From assembly GCA_030149205.1 (NCBI GenBank), contig JASBSB010000007.1:270001-302000 (forward strand): a DNA stretch of 32,000 nt, read 5' to 3'. The notes beneath the pieces are model-generated. The model saw only the letters and a list, made by a program, of their open reading frames with translations. It had not been told where the DNA came from and ran no database searches. This DNA is from Candidatus Heimdallarchaeota archaeon. GTDB taxonomy: Archaea > Asgardarchaeota > Heimdallarchaeia > Heimdallarchaeales > Kariarchaeaceae. A program made the translations under genes and the position numbers. Numbering within the stretch: the first letter of the stretch is position 1; every line of letters starts with the position of its first letter. This document shows positions 7,278 to 17,090 of this stretch, piece by piece.

Positions 7278-9617
7278 TCAATCATTTTTCATTTTTTTCA
7301 AGGGTTGGTGGTGGACAATTACCGCACTATCAATATTTTTCATTATTCTATAAGCTAAGTTAGTTCTGATTCTATTCCAAAGTCCTTTATCTTTTGTATG
7401 TCCAATCAACACAGCATCTGGTTCACGTGCCACAGTAGCCTGTTTCAGAGCCTTTACAAAATTATGTCCGTATAAAAGGACTGGAATGACATTCATTCCC
7501 AATCGGTTGAATATATCTCTAGAGTATTCCTCAAACCTTTCTTTACTTCTAATTAATTCATCAAAGTTTGCAGCATCTTCTAAAGAGATGGTTTGGGGAA
7601 TCTCGATTATATGATATGCAAAGATTTTACTCTCTTCACCAACCGAGGATATTAATTTTGCCCATCTTGCCAAATAAAAATCCCTCTCAGATCCATCTAA
7701 GAGAACAAATAGATCATTGATATCTTTCCTTTTCACACCATATTCGGGAGGATGAACCTGCAATATTGGTGTAGAGATTGTATCAACTATCTCTTTTGAA
7801 ACACTTCCAGCAGAAAGCCGATCAATAAGTGATTTTTTTCTTTTAGAGGCTAATGTAACAAGTTGATATTCTCCGTTGTTTATTGTTTGGATAATTGTTT
7901 CTGCAATATCACCGCTGTCAACTCGAATTAGATTATATTTAACACCATAATCTCTAAAGAATTTGAATGCGTCTTCTAGGTCTCTCTCTGGGCCAACGTG
8001 GATAATGTCAACTTCAACATTGTATTTCTTTGCAATTAAAGCACTTATCTCCCAATTTTTAGTCTCAAATTGGTCTCCAGAAATAGCCACAAGCATTCTG
8101 TTTAATTCAACAAAATATTCATCAACTGTGATGTCTGTTCCACTGAACTCTTGAATCAATTCCTTACCAAGTGGTTCTAAATCGTATTTCTTGAGATGAT
8201 CTTCATCTGTTTCCTTTGATTTTCGATTATAGTAATAATTCAATCCAAACGAAACTGTAAGAAATATGGTTAATGTTATCAAAGTAACCTGGGAATGAGC
8301 GATATTTGCTCCAATGAAAACGAATACCAAGATGAGATTAATTAAAATTAATATTGCACCTGCTTTTGCAAGATAATTTTTCTCTTTAGGGTAGAGTTTT
8401 ACAGCAGCAACATTTACAATAAAAAAGATCCCTAAAAATATAACTGATCCAACCTCAGCAATCTCTTCAGCATTCCCAAAAAAGGTGAATATCCAACTAA
8501 ATAGACTTGTAGCAATAATCGCTAAGTAGGGGACCTTACTCTTCTTACTTAGTTTTGCTAATGAGGTTGGAAATGACTTGTAGTCAGCAAGCACATATGC
8601 TAACCTTGAAGAACCTAAAAGTGTTGCATTAATGGCAGAAGTGGTACTTGCAGCAGCCCCCGCTGCAACCAAAATGACTGCCCAATACCCCAAAAATTCA
8701 ACGGCTTGAAGTAGAGCTGCCTCATTAATTTTAGTCTTATGTGGATCGAGTAAACTGAAGGTTGCAAGTGTAACCAGAACATAAGTTATAGTTACTAGAA
8801 TTACTGAAATAATCATACCAAGTTTTACATCACGAGTGGGATTTTTTAGTTCCTCAACAGTGTTAGCAATTACTTGAAACCCTTCATAACTCACAAATAT
8901 AATGGCTCCTCCCATGATCATACTCCCTATTCCGCCAAATAATCCAAAATTTTCACCACTAGTTGGATGTAATGGGTTCACATCCTTGAAAAAGGGTGTG
9001 TAAGCAGAAGGATTGAATACTGAGATACCTACAGCAGCTATAAAAAATAGGACAAATAATTTGAATAGGACTATAACGTTTTGGACGACCCCAGTCTCTT
9101 TAACTCCCCTTAAATTTATTAGCATAAATGTAAAAATAGAGATAAATGCAAACACCTTTCTGCCAGTTATATGTGTGTTAAATCCACCAATAATTAGACC
9201 AGAAAACCCGAGTTCAAAAAAATGTATGTTTGTAAGTTGAAATATCAACTCACTTGTATATAACCCAAAGGTGAAGGCATACAGGGCAATTGTAACAGAG
9301 TACCCTAACCAAAGCATAACTCCAACAACATTTCCTATTGATTTATTTTCAAACCCTTTCCTAAGAATAACAAATTCTCCACCAGCAGATGGGTATTTTG
9401 CCACTAACTTGTAATAGGAAATAGCGGTAAGAAACACAATTATACCACCCATCAAAAAACTGACCATAGCAGAAGGACCGGCAATATTTGCCAATTTTCC
9501 AAGAACTGTAAAAATTCCTCCACCAATCATTGCCCCCACTGCAATTGAAACCGCTTCAACAAGCCCTAGTTCCTTTGCAAACTCAGTTTCCCCCAAAATT
9601 GAACTTTCATGACTCAT
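7278..9617 (-). CDS. APC-family amino acid permease fused to two universal stress protein (USP)-like domains
   Basis: APC motifs 'GAMIGGGIF', 'AGP', 'AGGE', 'FVSYEGFQ' and 'SSRLAYVLA'. The C-terminal ~280 aa contain two USP-like modules ('RMLVAISG...LVTLAS' and 'LFVLLDGS...DAVLIGH...SAVIVH'). Confidence 0.9.
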   Translation of the reverse strand: MSHESSILGETEFAKELGLVEAVSIAVGAMIGGGIFTVLGKLANIAGPSAMVSFLMGGIIVFLTAISYYKLVAKYPSAGGEFVILRKGFENKSIGNVVGVMLWLGYSVTIALYAFTFGLYTSELIFQLTNIHFFELGFSGLIIGGFNTHITGRKVFAFISIFTFMLINLRGVKETGVVQNVIVLFKLFVLFFIAAVGISVFNPSAYTPFFKDVNPLHPTSGENFGLFGGIGSMIMGGAIIFVSYEGFQVIANTVEELKNPTRDVKLGMIISVILVTITYVLVTLATFSLLDPHKTKINEAALLQAVEFLGYWAVILVAAGAAASTTSAINATLLGSSRLAYVLADYKSFPTSLAKLSKKSKVPYLAIIATSLFSWIFTFFGNAEEIAEVGSVIFLGIFFIVNVAAVKLYPKEKNYLAKAGAILILINLILVFVFIGANIAHSQVTLITLTIFLTVSFGLNYYYNRKSKETDEDHLKKYDLEPLGKELIQEFSGTDITVDEYFVELNRMLVAISGDQFETKNWEISALIAKKYNVEVDIIHVGPERDLEDAFKFFRDYGVKYNLIRVDSGDIAETIIQTINNGEYQLVTLASKRKKSLIDRLSAGSVSKEIVDTISTPILQVHPPEYGVKRKDINDLFVLLDGSERDFYLARWAKLISSVGEESKIFAYHIIEIPQTISLEDAANFDELIRSKERFEEYSRDIFNRLGMNVIPVLLYGHNFVKALKQATVAREPDAVLIGHTKDKGLWNRIRTNLAYRIMKNIDSAVIVHHQPLKKMKND

Positions 9618-9706
9618 AGTATTAAATTCTCAATCTCTTTTTGAATTATTTGATTATTTACCACAATTATTCATTTGACTCTTCTCTCAATTTCGGTTCA
9701 ACTTTC

Positions 9707-10654
9707 CTAATTTCCACGTGAATATTTTTGTCTTAATTTTTCATCTAATTTATTGTATAACTCCTCAGCTCCATCTACATTATGATTTTTTGCCTTCTCT
9801 AACCAATCAAGAGCAGTAAAAGGTTGATTATCAGCCAACAACATACCTAATGTCAACTCAGCCTCATTGATTTCGCCCTCAGCAGCACGTTCTAGCAATT
9901 TTATACCCTGGTCTTCTTCTCCAGATTCAATTAACAGCATTCCTAAATTATAAAGAGAATTTTTTTCACCAAGTTCAATCGCACTTTGAAAGCTATCTTT
10001 AGCCATTGAAAGTTGATTATTTTCCCAATAAATCATACCAAGATTGCATAAAACTTCCGGACTGCTTTTCTTAATTTGCACATACAGTGGTTCTGCCAGC
10101 TCAAATAATCCCTCAACAAACAGTTTATCCGCAATTTCTCGGGTTAATACAGGATCCTCAAAATTTGTAAGCAATTTTAGTAATTCGTTTAATTGATTAA
10201 CCTCGGAGGTCTCGATATAAAGGTCAACAAGAGAGTAGAACGCAGAAAAACTCCCATTCTCAACAGCTAATTGCAACCAGTAGGCTCCCTTTTTAAATTG
10301 TTTCGTTTTCATGTACCATTTTCCAAGTTCAATCATTGCTTCAACATTCTCGTTTTTAATGAGGTTTTCAAGGATAGTTTTTCCTTGGTCTACCTTCCCC
10401 GAATCTAATAAAAGGCCACCGTATGCTATTGATCCAATTACATCCCCATTTTTAGCAGCAAATATTAAATATTTCTTTGCCTCTTTAACCTTCTTCAACT
10501 TATACAACAGCTCCCCTAACCGCCCATTTGCCTCAATATTTCCCCTTTCTGCAGCAGATTTATACCAAACTATCGCCTCATCAAAGAATCTTCTCTCCTG
10601 AAACTCCTTTGCTCTTGTTAATGCCTCATCGGGTGCAAATTGTGAAATATCCAC
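9707..10654 (-). CDS. Sel1-like/TPR repeat protein
   Basis: Repeated 'A..WY..AAE.G...A...LG.L' units throughout; GTG start. Confidence 0.85.
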   Translation of the reverse strand: MDISQFAPDEALTRAKEFQERRFFDEAIVWYKSAAERGNIEANGRLGELLYKLKKVKEAKKYLIFAAKNGDVIGSIAYGGLLLDSGKVDQGKTILENLIKNENVEAMIELGKWYMKTKQFKKGAYWLQLAVENGSFSAFYSLVDLYIETSEVNQLNELLKLLTNFEDPVLTREIADKLFVEGLFELAEPLYVQIKKSSPEVLCNLGMIYWENNQLSMAKDSFQSAIELGEKNSLYNLGMLLIESGEEDQGIKLLERAAEGEINEAELTLGMLLADNQPFTALDWLEKAKNHNVDGAEELYNKLDEKLRQKYSRGN

Positions 10655-10775
10655 AACAAATAATTAATTACCAAGATATGAAATTACTGATAATAACTTG
10701 AATCCTTTACAATAATTAAACCATTTATTCAGAAACCTTTTATCTAATTTTCTACAAATATATCATGGAATCGAA

Positions 10776-12749
10776 TTGCTTTTTGATACAGCATATAGAG
10801 AGTTAATAAATTACCTCTCGTTTGGAAATGTAGATTTGGCCCTATCTAAATTACCCTCTCTGAGAGCTAAAGACTTGGCTGAAAATGAAAAATTCTTGAT
10901 AAAACTCTTGGAGATAGAAATTGAACTTGAACTCGGGGAAACTGACATTGCATCTCAATTACTTAACCAGACTGGGGTAGTTTCATTGACAGCAACCCAA
11001 AAATCTCTCTTTAATATCATCACAATGCTTTATCTCATTCAGATTGGAGAGTTTAGTCAGGCAGAATCACTCCAGTCAGAGGTTAACACTTGGGTTGACT
11101 CACTAAAACAAAGAGAAAAACAAGAACATGATAGATATATCAATTTGTATTTTTACATCCGTGGTATCATCGAAACCCACAATCTAAATTATAACATAGC
11201 ATTACAAGAATTCGGGAAATGTCTTGTTGGGTTTGAAAGATCTAATGCAAAAAAAGAAATTGGGAGTGCTCAACTCCAGATGGGACGGATATATCAAAAA
11301 CTTGATAACAAAGAGTTAGCAGAGGAATTTCTTTCTCAGGCCCAACAAACCTTTAACTCTATAAATTATGTCGAAGGTTTAGATATTGTCTTTAACACTC
11401 TAATTGAACTATACCAAAATGATGAAACAAAATCATTTTTATATGAACAGAAAAAACGAGATCTTAAGGAGCAGATAGAGCTAAAGAGAAAGCTCAACGC
11501 CCAACTTAAGATAATTCAAAGCAAAGATAGAGAAATTAGTGAGTTGAACAATGAACGAATTAAACTAGAGGAAGAGGTCTGGAGTTTAAAGTTACTGGGA
11601 AACGCTAGTGAGGATAACTTAATACTTTCTGGAGAATCACTTAATATCACTTCAGATCAAGATGAACTTGAAGACCTTCGGAAAAAAGTAGTTCTGTTAG
11701 AATCAAATCTTCAGAAAATGGAAATAGATCTGATTCAGACCAAAAAGAACAATCAACAGTTAGAAGTAAAAAACAATGAACTGGTGAGTTCAAACCAGGT
11801 CATGCTTGAACAAGAAAAAGCAAATAAAACAACTTTTACAACATTAAACGAAGAAAAAAAAGAGCTTCAAACTTTACTTAACAAAGAACGTAATACCAAT
11901 CGGTCTCTTAACAAGAACTTGCAAAAATTGGAGAATGATCTGATGAATGAAAGAAATCAGACGCAAACACTGAAGCTAGAAGTAGAAAAATTACAAACAG
12001 AGATTCAGAATGCCAAAAAATTACATGATGAAATTATTAATGAGGTGCAGTTGGGTCATCAGGAGGAGATAAAGTATTTTGAGAAAAAGCTCGAAAAAGC
12101 TCAAAATCAACCTAATCAACAACAGTTTGCGATGGAGGATTTAAAGAGGTTAGAGGAGCTTGAATATACTCAAAAAACTCTTCAAGATCAGCTTTCCAAA
12201 GAAAAAACTCGCTCCTCTCATCTGGTAAAGGAAAAAGAAGCCCTGAACTTAAAGCTACAAAATCTTAACGACAGAGTTAACTTGTTATCACAGGTATTAT
12301 CTGAAAGAGAGGATATGATCAATAATCAAAATTTTGAACTGGCTCATGTCCAAGAGATTAGAAATGAACTAAGGAATAAAATTACATCCTTAGAAACCAA
12401 AAACCTTGATCTTTCTGAGCAGATTAATGTCTTTAAAGATCAGGATGTAAATACAATTCCTTCTCCCTCTCTCCCTCTTTCGAACCAAAATAATTTGCCC
12501 AAAGCCAAAGATCCTCCAAAACGACAATCACCTAAGGATTATCCCCCACCAGACAAACAGATTATTAAGGCAATAGAGGAGCTATTGAGAGAGAATCAAA
12601 CTATCACCCTGAGGCAGCTTTCCATGAGGGCTGGGAGAACTCCCTATTCATGTTTAGAAGCTTTAAAATCCTATGAGAATGACAACAAAATTGAAATCAA
12701 GTACAAGTATCATGATGATATGAATCCAGAAATTATTTCAAAACTTTAA
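10776..12749 (+). CDS. TPR + long coiled-coil + Pro-rich linker + C-terminal winged-helix-like protein
   Basis: TPR-like helices in aa ~1-230 and a heptad-rich E/K/Q/L/N region in aa ~225-555. 'PSPSLP...PPKRQSPKDYPPP' linker, then 'ITLRQLSMRAGRTPYSCLEALKSYENDNKI'. Confidence 0.8.
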   Translation: MLFDTAYRELINYLSFGNVDLALSKLPSLRAKDLAENEKFLIKLLEIEIELELGETDIASQLLNQTGVVSLTATQKSLFNIITMLYLIQIGEFSQAESLQSEVNTWVDSLKQREKQEHDRYINLYFYIRGIIETHNLNYNIALQEFGKCLVGFERSNAKKEIGSAQLQMGRIYQKLDNKELAEEFLSQAQQTFNSINYVEGLDIVFNTLIELYQNDETKSFLYEQKKRDLKEQIELKRKLNAQLKIIQSKDREISELNNERIKLEEEVWSLKLLGNASEDNLILSGESLNITSDQDELEDLRKKVVLLESNLQKMEIDLIQTKKNNQQLEVKNNELVSSNQVMLEQEKANKTTFTTLNEEKKELQTLLNKERNTNRSLNKNLQKLENDLMNERNQTQTLKLEVEKLQTEIQNAKKLHDEIINEVQLGHQEEIKYFEKKLEKAQNQPNQQQFAMEDLKRLEELEYTQKTLQDQLSKEKTRSSHLVKEKEALNLKLQNLNDRVNLLSQVLSEREDMINNQNFELAHVQEIRNELRNKITSLETKNLDLSEQINVFKDQDVNTIPSPSLPLSNQNNLPKAKDPPKRQSPKDYPPPDKQIIKAIEELLRENQTITLRQLSMRAGRTPYSCLEALKSYENDNKIEIKYKYHDDMNPEIISKL

Positions 12750-13403
12750 GGTTTTCTGATTGATAACCCTGTTGGTTAAAACCATTATAGGTTTTAAAAT
12801 TGCTTGAACTGATTGTAATTTCTTAAAATTCATTGATTTCTCAATTTTGACCATTTCAACCATATCGTCTTTCGCATCGATGCAAGAAATAGGGTACAAC
12901 GGTTCCAGATAGTTAATGTCAGAGTCTTGGAGTAGCTCGCTAAGCTCCTGCATCTCAACCTTCTGATTAAATTCTAAGTCTGTCTTGTTTAAAAGAACGA
13001 TAACTGGTACATATTCTTTTTCTTGAAACGACTTGATTTCATCTAAAATTGGGTTAATCAAATTTATGTTCTGTTTTTGAAAATCTAATACCAATATTAT
13101 ACCATCTGCCCCATTCAAAATAATACTTCTAATCTCTTTGTATCTTGGTTGTCCTGCCACGGCGAACATTCGGTAGTTTAACAGAGGTGCCTTTGTTGTA
13201 GTATCAATTGAAAAGACATTTTGATCAAACAATGCTGTTTCCTCTAATGGATTGTTGATAGAAATAATCTCTTCCTCATATCCATCTTTGTTATGATTTT
13301 GAATAAAAGAATATAATTTTAGAAGAGTTGTCTTCCCTGCTCCTGCAGGTCCAAAGATAACAAACTTAAGAGAACGAACCCCAGAATGGTCTTTTTTGAA
13401 CAT
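12738..13403 (-). CDS. Small Ras-superfamily GTPase, MglA-like
   Basis: G1 'GPAGAGKTT', G2 region 'EETALFD', atypical G3 'AVAGQ' (MglA has TVPGQ), 'IILNGADGIILVLD', G4 'NKTD'. Confidence 0.85.
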   Translation of the reverse strand: MFKKDHSGVRSLKFVIFGPAGAGKTTLLKLYSFIQNHNKDGYEEEIISINNPLEETALFDQNVFSIDTTTKAPLLNYRMFAVAGQPRYKEIRSIILNGADGIILVLDFQKQNINLINPILDEIKSFQEKEYVPVIVLLNKTDLEFNQKVEMQELSELLQDSDINYLEPLYPISCIDAKDDMVEMVKIEKSMNFKKLQSVQAILKPIMVLTNRVINQKTLKF

Positions 13404-13561
13404 TGTATTGTAGTAAGATTATGAAATTAAATATGTTGCTAAATTATTCATTAATCAACATCATTTTGTACATAAAAACTGTTCAGAAAGTAACTACAAT
13501 CTTTTTCTTATGAAGTCTTAATTAATATTTTTACTCAAAGTGTGAATTGTACCTTTAATTA

Positions 13562-13572
13562 ATTTATTATAA
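13562..13572 (+). promoter_or_regulatory. Candidate TATA box of rpoB
   Basis: ATTTATTATAA lies about 25 nt upstream of the ATG, the usual archaeal spacing for a short or absent leader. The AT-rich background weakens the call. Confidence 0.3.
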
Positions 13573-13593
13573 CTCGCTATTTATCATTGATTG

Positions 13594-16500
13594 ATGAGTG
13601 ACCGGTCTCCATATACTTATTTTGAAAAATTTAACTCATCAGATGAACAGACTCATTTAACAACTGACGAGAAATGGACAGTACTAAACGCTATGTTTGA
13701 GGAGCTGGGGTTGGTTAGACAACATCTTGACTCTTACAACTCGTTTATTGACAAAGGACTCGCACAGATTGTTGAAGAAGAGGCAGAGATTAAGCCTGAA
13801 GAGGCTTCTGGGATGTCTGTGATTCTTGATGAAATTCGTGTTGGTGAACCAGAGATAAAAGAAGCAACAGGGTCCAAATCTGAGATTTGGCCAATGGATG
13901 CCAGAATCCGAAATCTCACATATGCAGCACCATTGACTCTCACAATGATCGCAAGCTATCCAGATGAACAGCATGGTGAACCACGAAGTGTTAAAGAAGA
14001 GCAATTTATTGGCTATCTCCCAATTATGTTAAATTCAAAGAAATGTAGGTTGGCTACAGCAGACGTGAATACAAAGATAAAACATGGAGAAGACCCACTG
14101 GACGAAGGTGGATACTTTATAATCAATGGTTCTGAAAGGGTTCTGGTTACCCAAGAAGACCTTGCTCCGAACAGAATATTAGTCGAAAAATTAGAAAACA
14201 AACCAGCAACCTCCCTTGCAAAGGTATTTTCTGCCTTGAGAGGATTTAGAGCACCTGTATCGTTAGAGAGAAGCAAAGACGGAAATTTAAAGGTATCATT
14301 TCCAAGTGTAGCTCGTAAAATCTCATTAATTGTTTTGTTAAGAGCACTAGGGATGGAAAAAGAAGGTGAGATTGCAAGAAAAATTGCGACAACACCAAAA
14401 ATTGCCCAAAAATTATTACCAGTACTCCAGGCAGAGGATGTGAGGAAAAAGGATGAAGCATTAGATTTCATTGGGAAAAGAGTAGCTGTTGGTCAGACCA
14501 AGGAATATCGAATGAACCGTACTCAACAGGTATTAGATCGTTATCTTCTCCCCCACCTCGGAAACGATGAAAAAGATAGGATTAAAAAAGCGAATTTTCT
14601 CTGTCAAATGGCTCAAAAGGTGCTAGAACTAGAGACCGGTGAGAGGTTGGCAGATGATAAGGATCATTATGCTAACAAAAGATTAAATTTAGCTGGGGAT
14701 CTTCTTCTTCTCCTATTTAGATATGCATTTAGAAATCTCATAAGGGACGTAAAATATCAACTGGAAAGAAATGTTAATAGAACAAGAAGTTCAATTCTTA
14801 GAACTGCTGTAAGAGCAGATGTAATCTCTGAACGGTTGCGTCATGCACTTGCGACAGGTAACTGGGTTGGAGGGAAAGCTGGTGTCTCACAACTTCTCGA
14901 TAGAACCAACTACATGTCATCTCTAAGCCATTTAAGAAGGGTAGTGTCACCATTGGGGAGATCTCAACCTCACTTCGAAGCACGTGATCTTCACCCAACC
15001 CATTGGGGAAAAATCTGTCCTGCAGAAACACCAGAGGGGCCAAACTGTGGACTTGTGAAGAACCTTGCTCTACAGGCCTACATCTCAATTGACGTTGATG
15101 AAGACCATGTGAAAGAAGAAGTCCTAGAGTTAGGAGTCTCTGACGACCCAGAGATGGCTAGAAAGAGAGAAAATACACGTGTCTATCTAAATGGTGCTTT
15201 AATAGGGGTACATCCCAATGGAGAGCATTTGGCATATAAAATCAGACAAAACAGAAGGAATCGAATTATCGCTCCTGAAGTGAATGTTGCCTATTATTTA
15301 GAAACAAATGAGGTTCAGATCAATGCTGACCGTGGAAGAGTCAGAAGACCTCTAATAATTGTTAAAGATGCAAAACCTCTCTTAACGAAAGACCATGTTA
15401 GAAGAGTTGAGAACGGAGAACTTATGTGGGCTGACCTAACCAGACAAGGGCTTATTGAGTATCTTGATACAGAAGAAGAGGAAAACGCATACATCGCGAT
15501 GACTGCATCCGAGTTAAATGAGGATCATACACACCTAGAGATCTCTCCTGCATCAATATTAGGGATCTGTGCTTCACTTATACCATTCCCAGAACATAAC
15601 AGGTCTGATAGAAATGTGTATGAAGCCAGTATGGCAAAACAATCCTTAGGAATTTATGCAGCAAACTTTAGATTAAGAATGGATACAAGGGCACATCTTC
15701 TTCATTATCCACAGATACCAATAGTAAAAACACATGGGATAGATGCAATAAAATTCAACCTTAGGCCAGCAGGGCAAAACTTTGTAGTTGCACTCCTATC
15801 CTATGGTGGATATAACATGGAAGATAGTCTTATTATGAATAAATCCTCTGTTCAAAGGGGACTCGGGCGTTCTACGTTCTTTAGAGCTTATGTGAGTGAA
15901 GAAAGGAGGTATCCTGGTGGTCAACAAGACAAGTTTGTTATCCCTGGAAAAACAATCAGAGGGGCAAAAGAAACCACAATGTACAGACATCTTGCCGAGG
16001 ATGGTGTAGTTGAACCTGAGACCTTCGTAAATGGAAAAGCAGGGGATGTAATAGTTGGAAGAACAAGTCCCCCCAGATTCATGGAAGAACAACAAGATTT
16101 CGACCTAGAGGTAGAACAAAGAAGAGAAACCAGTCAATCAATGCGATTTGGAGAATCTGGAATAGTTGACTCAGTAGTTTTTACAGAAAACCAAGATGGA
16201 CATAAATTGGTCAAAGTCAGAATTCGTTCACTTAGGATACCTGAACTTGGTGATAAATTTGCAAGCCGACATGGTCAGAAAGGGATATTAGGGAATTTGG
16301 CTAATTCTGTAGACCTTCCTTTCACTGAGACAGGGCTTACTCCAGATTTAATTATAAACCCACATGCGATTCCTTCACGTATGACAATCGGTCAACTAAC
16401 AGAGTTGCTTTCTGGAAAGCTAGCAGCAGCATCTGGTAAGTTTGTCACAGCAACACCATTTGAAGGTGCAGAAATTGACGATATTGTTAGATCATTACAT

Positions 16501-16986
16501 CAACTGGGATATCAAAAATACGGTCGTGATATTATGTATGATGGAAGAACTGGGGAACGACTAGAATCTGATGTCTTTATTGGAATAGCCTACTATCAAA
16601 AGTTACATCACCTCGTTAATGATAAGATCCATGCCCGAGCAAGAGGACCCGTACAGATTCTCACGAGACAACCAACAGAAGGTAGATCCAGAGAAGGTGG
16701 GCTTAAGTTTGGTGAGATGGAACGTGACTGTTTGATAGGACATGGGACTTCTTTAATTCTTAAGGAGAGATTATTAGACGAGTCAGATAAATCAGAGGCT
16801 CTGTTCTGTGAACAATGTGGATTTTTGGCTCAATACAACCGAAAATTGGATAGATTTCAGTGCCCTATTTGTAGAGATGAGGTAAATGTCAGTAAAATCA
16901 TTGTGTCATATGCCTTTAAGCTATTATTGCAAGAATTAATGTCAATGGGAATTGCCCCAAGAGTTGAATTAAAAGAAAGAGCATAA
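13594..16986 (+). CDS. rpoB: DNA-directed RNA polymerase subunit B (Rpo2), unsplit
   Basis: Conserved motifs 'GLVRQHLDSYN', 'DEGGYFIINGSERVL', 'HPTHWGKICPAETPEG', 'GYNMEDS', 'GDKFASRHGQKG', 'NPHAIPSRMTIGQ' and 'GGLKFGEMERD'. C-terminal CxxC...CxxC zinc ribbon. ATG at 13594, with an alternative TTG at 13591. Confidence 0.99.
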   Translation: MSDRSPYTYFEKFNSSDEQTHLTTDEKWTVLNAMFEELGLVRQHLDSYNSFIDKGLAQIVEEEAEIKPEEASGMSVILDEIRVGEPEIKEATGSKSEIWPMDARIRNLTYAAPLTLTMIASYPDEQHGEPRSVKEEQFIGYLPIMLNSKKCRLATADVNTKIKHGEDPLDEGGYFIINGSERVLVTQEDLAPNRILVEKLENKPATSLAKVFSALRGFRAPVSLERSKDGNLKVSFPSVARKISLIVLLRALGMEKEGEIARKIATTPKIAQKLLPVLQAEDVRKKDEALDFIGKRVAVGQTKEYRMNRTQQVLDRYLLPHLGNDEKDRIKKANFLCQMAQKVLELETGERLADDKDHYANKRLNLAGDLLLLLFRYAFRNLIRDVKYQLERNVNRTRSSILRTAVRADVISERLRHALATGNWVGGKAGVSQLLDRTNYMSSLSHLRRVVSPLGRSQPHFEARDLHPTHWGKICPAETPEGPNCGLVKNLALQAYISIDVDEDHVKEEVLELGVSDDPEMARKRENTRVYLNGALIGVHPNGEHLAYKIRQNRRNRIIAPEVNVAYYLETNEVQINADRGRVRRPLIIVKDAKPLLTKDHVRRVENGELMWADLTRQGLIEYLDTEEEENAYIAMTASELNEDHTHLEISPASILGICASLIPFPEHNRSDRNVYEASMAKQSLGIYAANFRLRMDTRAHLLHYPQIPIVKTHGIDAIKFNLRPAGQNFVVALLSYGGYNMEDSLIMNKSSVQRGLGRSTFFRAYVSEERRYPGGQQDKFVIPGKTIRGAKETTMYRHLAEDGVVEPETFVNGKAGDVIVGRTSPPRFMEEQQDFDLEVEQRRETSQSMRFGESGIVDSVVFTENQDGHKLVKVRIRSLRIPELGDKFASRHGQKGILGNLANSVDLPFTETGLTPDLIINPHAIPSRMTIGQLTELLSGKLAAASGKFVTATPFEGAEIDDIVRSLHQLGYQKYGRDIMYDGRTGERLESDVFIGIAYYQKLHHLVNDKIHARARGPVQILTRQPTEGRSREGGLKFGEMERDCLIGHGTSLILKERLLDESDKSEALFCEQCGFLAQYNRKLDRFQCPICRDEVNVSKIIVSYAFKLLLQELMSMGIAPRVELKERA

Positions 16987-17090
16987 CTAAAAGTAAGAGC
17001 TTAATTAAACCTTAAAGTTTAAGCTATCCCCATTGAAGTTTAATGAATTTATTTAAACAGGGATTCTATATTCAATTATAAGGAATACAA

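Noticed and set aside
16998-17025. AT-rich imperfect hairpin after the rpoB stop
   Set aside because: Weak stem with a bulge and no clear U-tract; a terminator cannot be supported.
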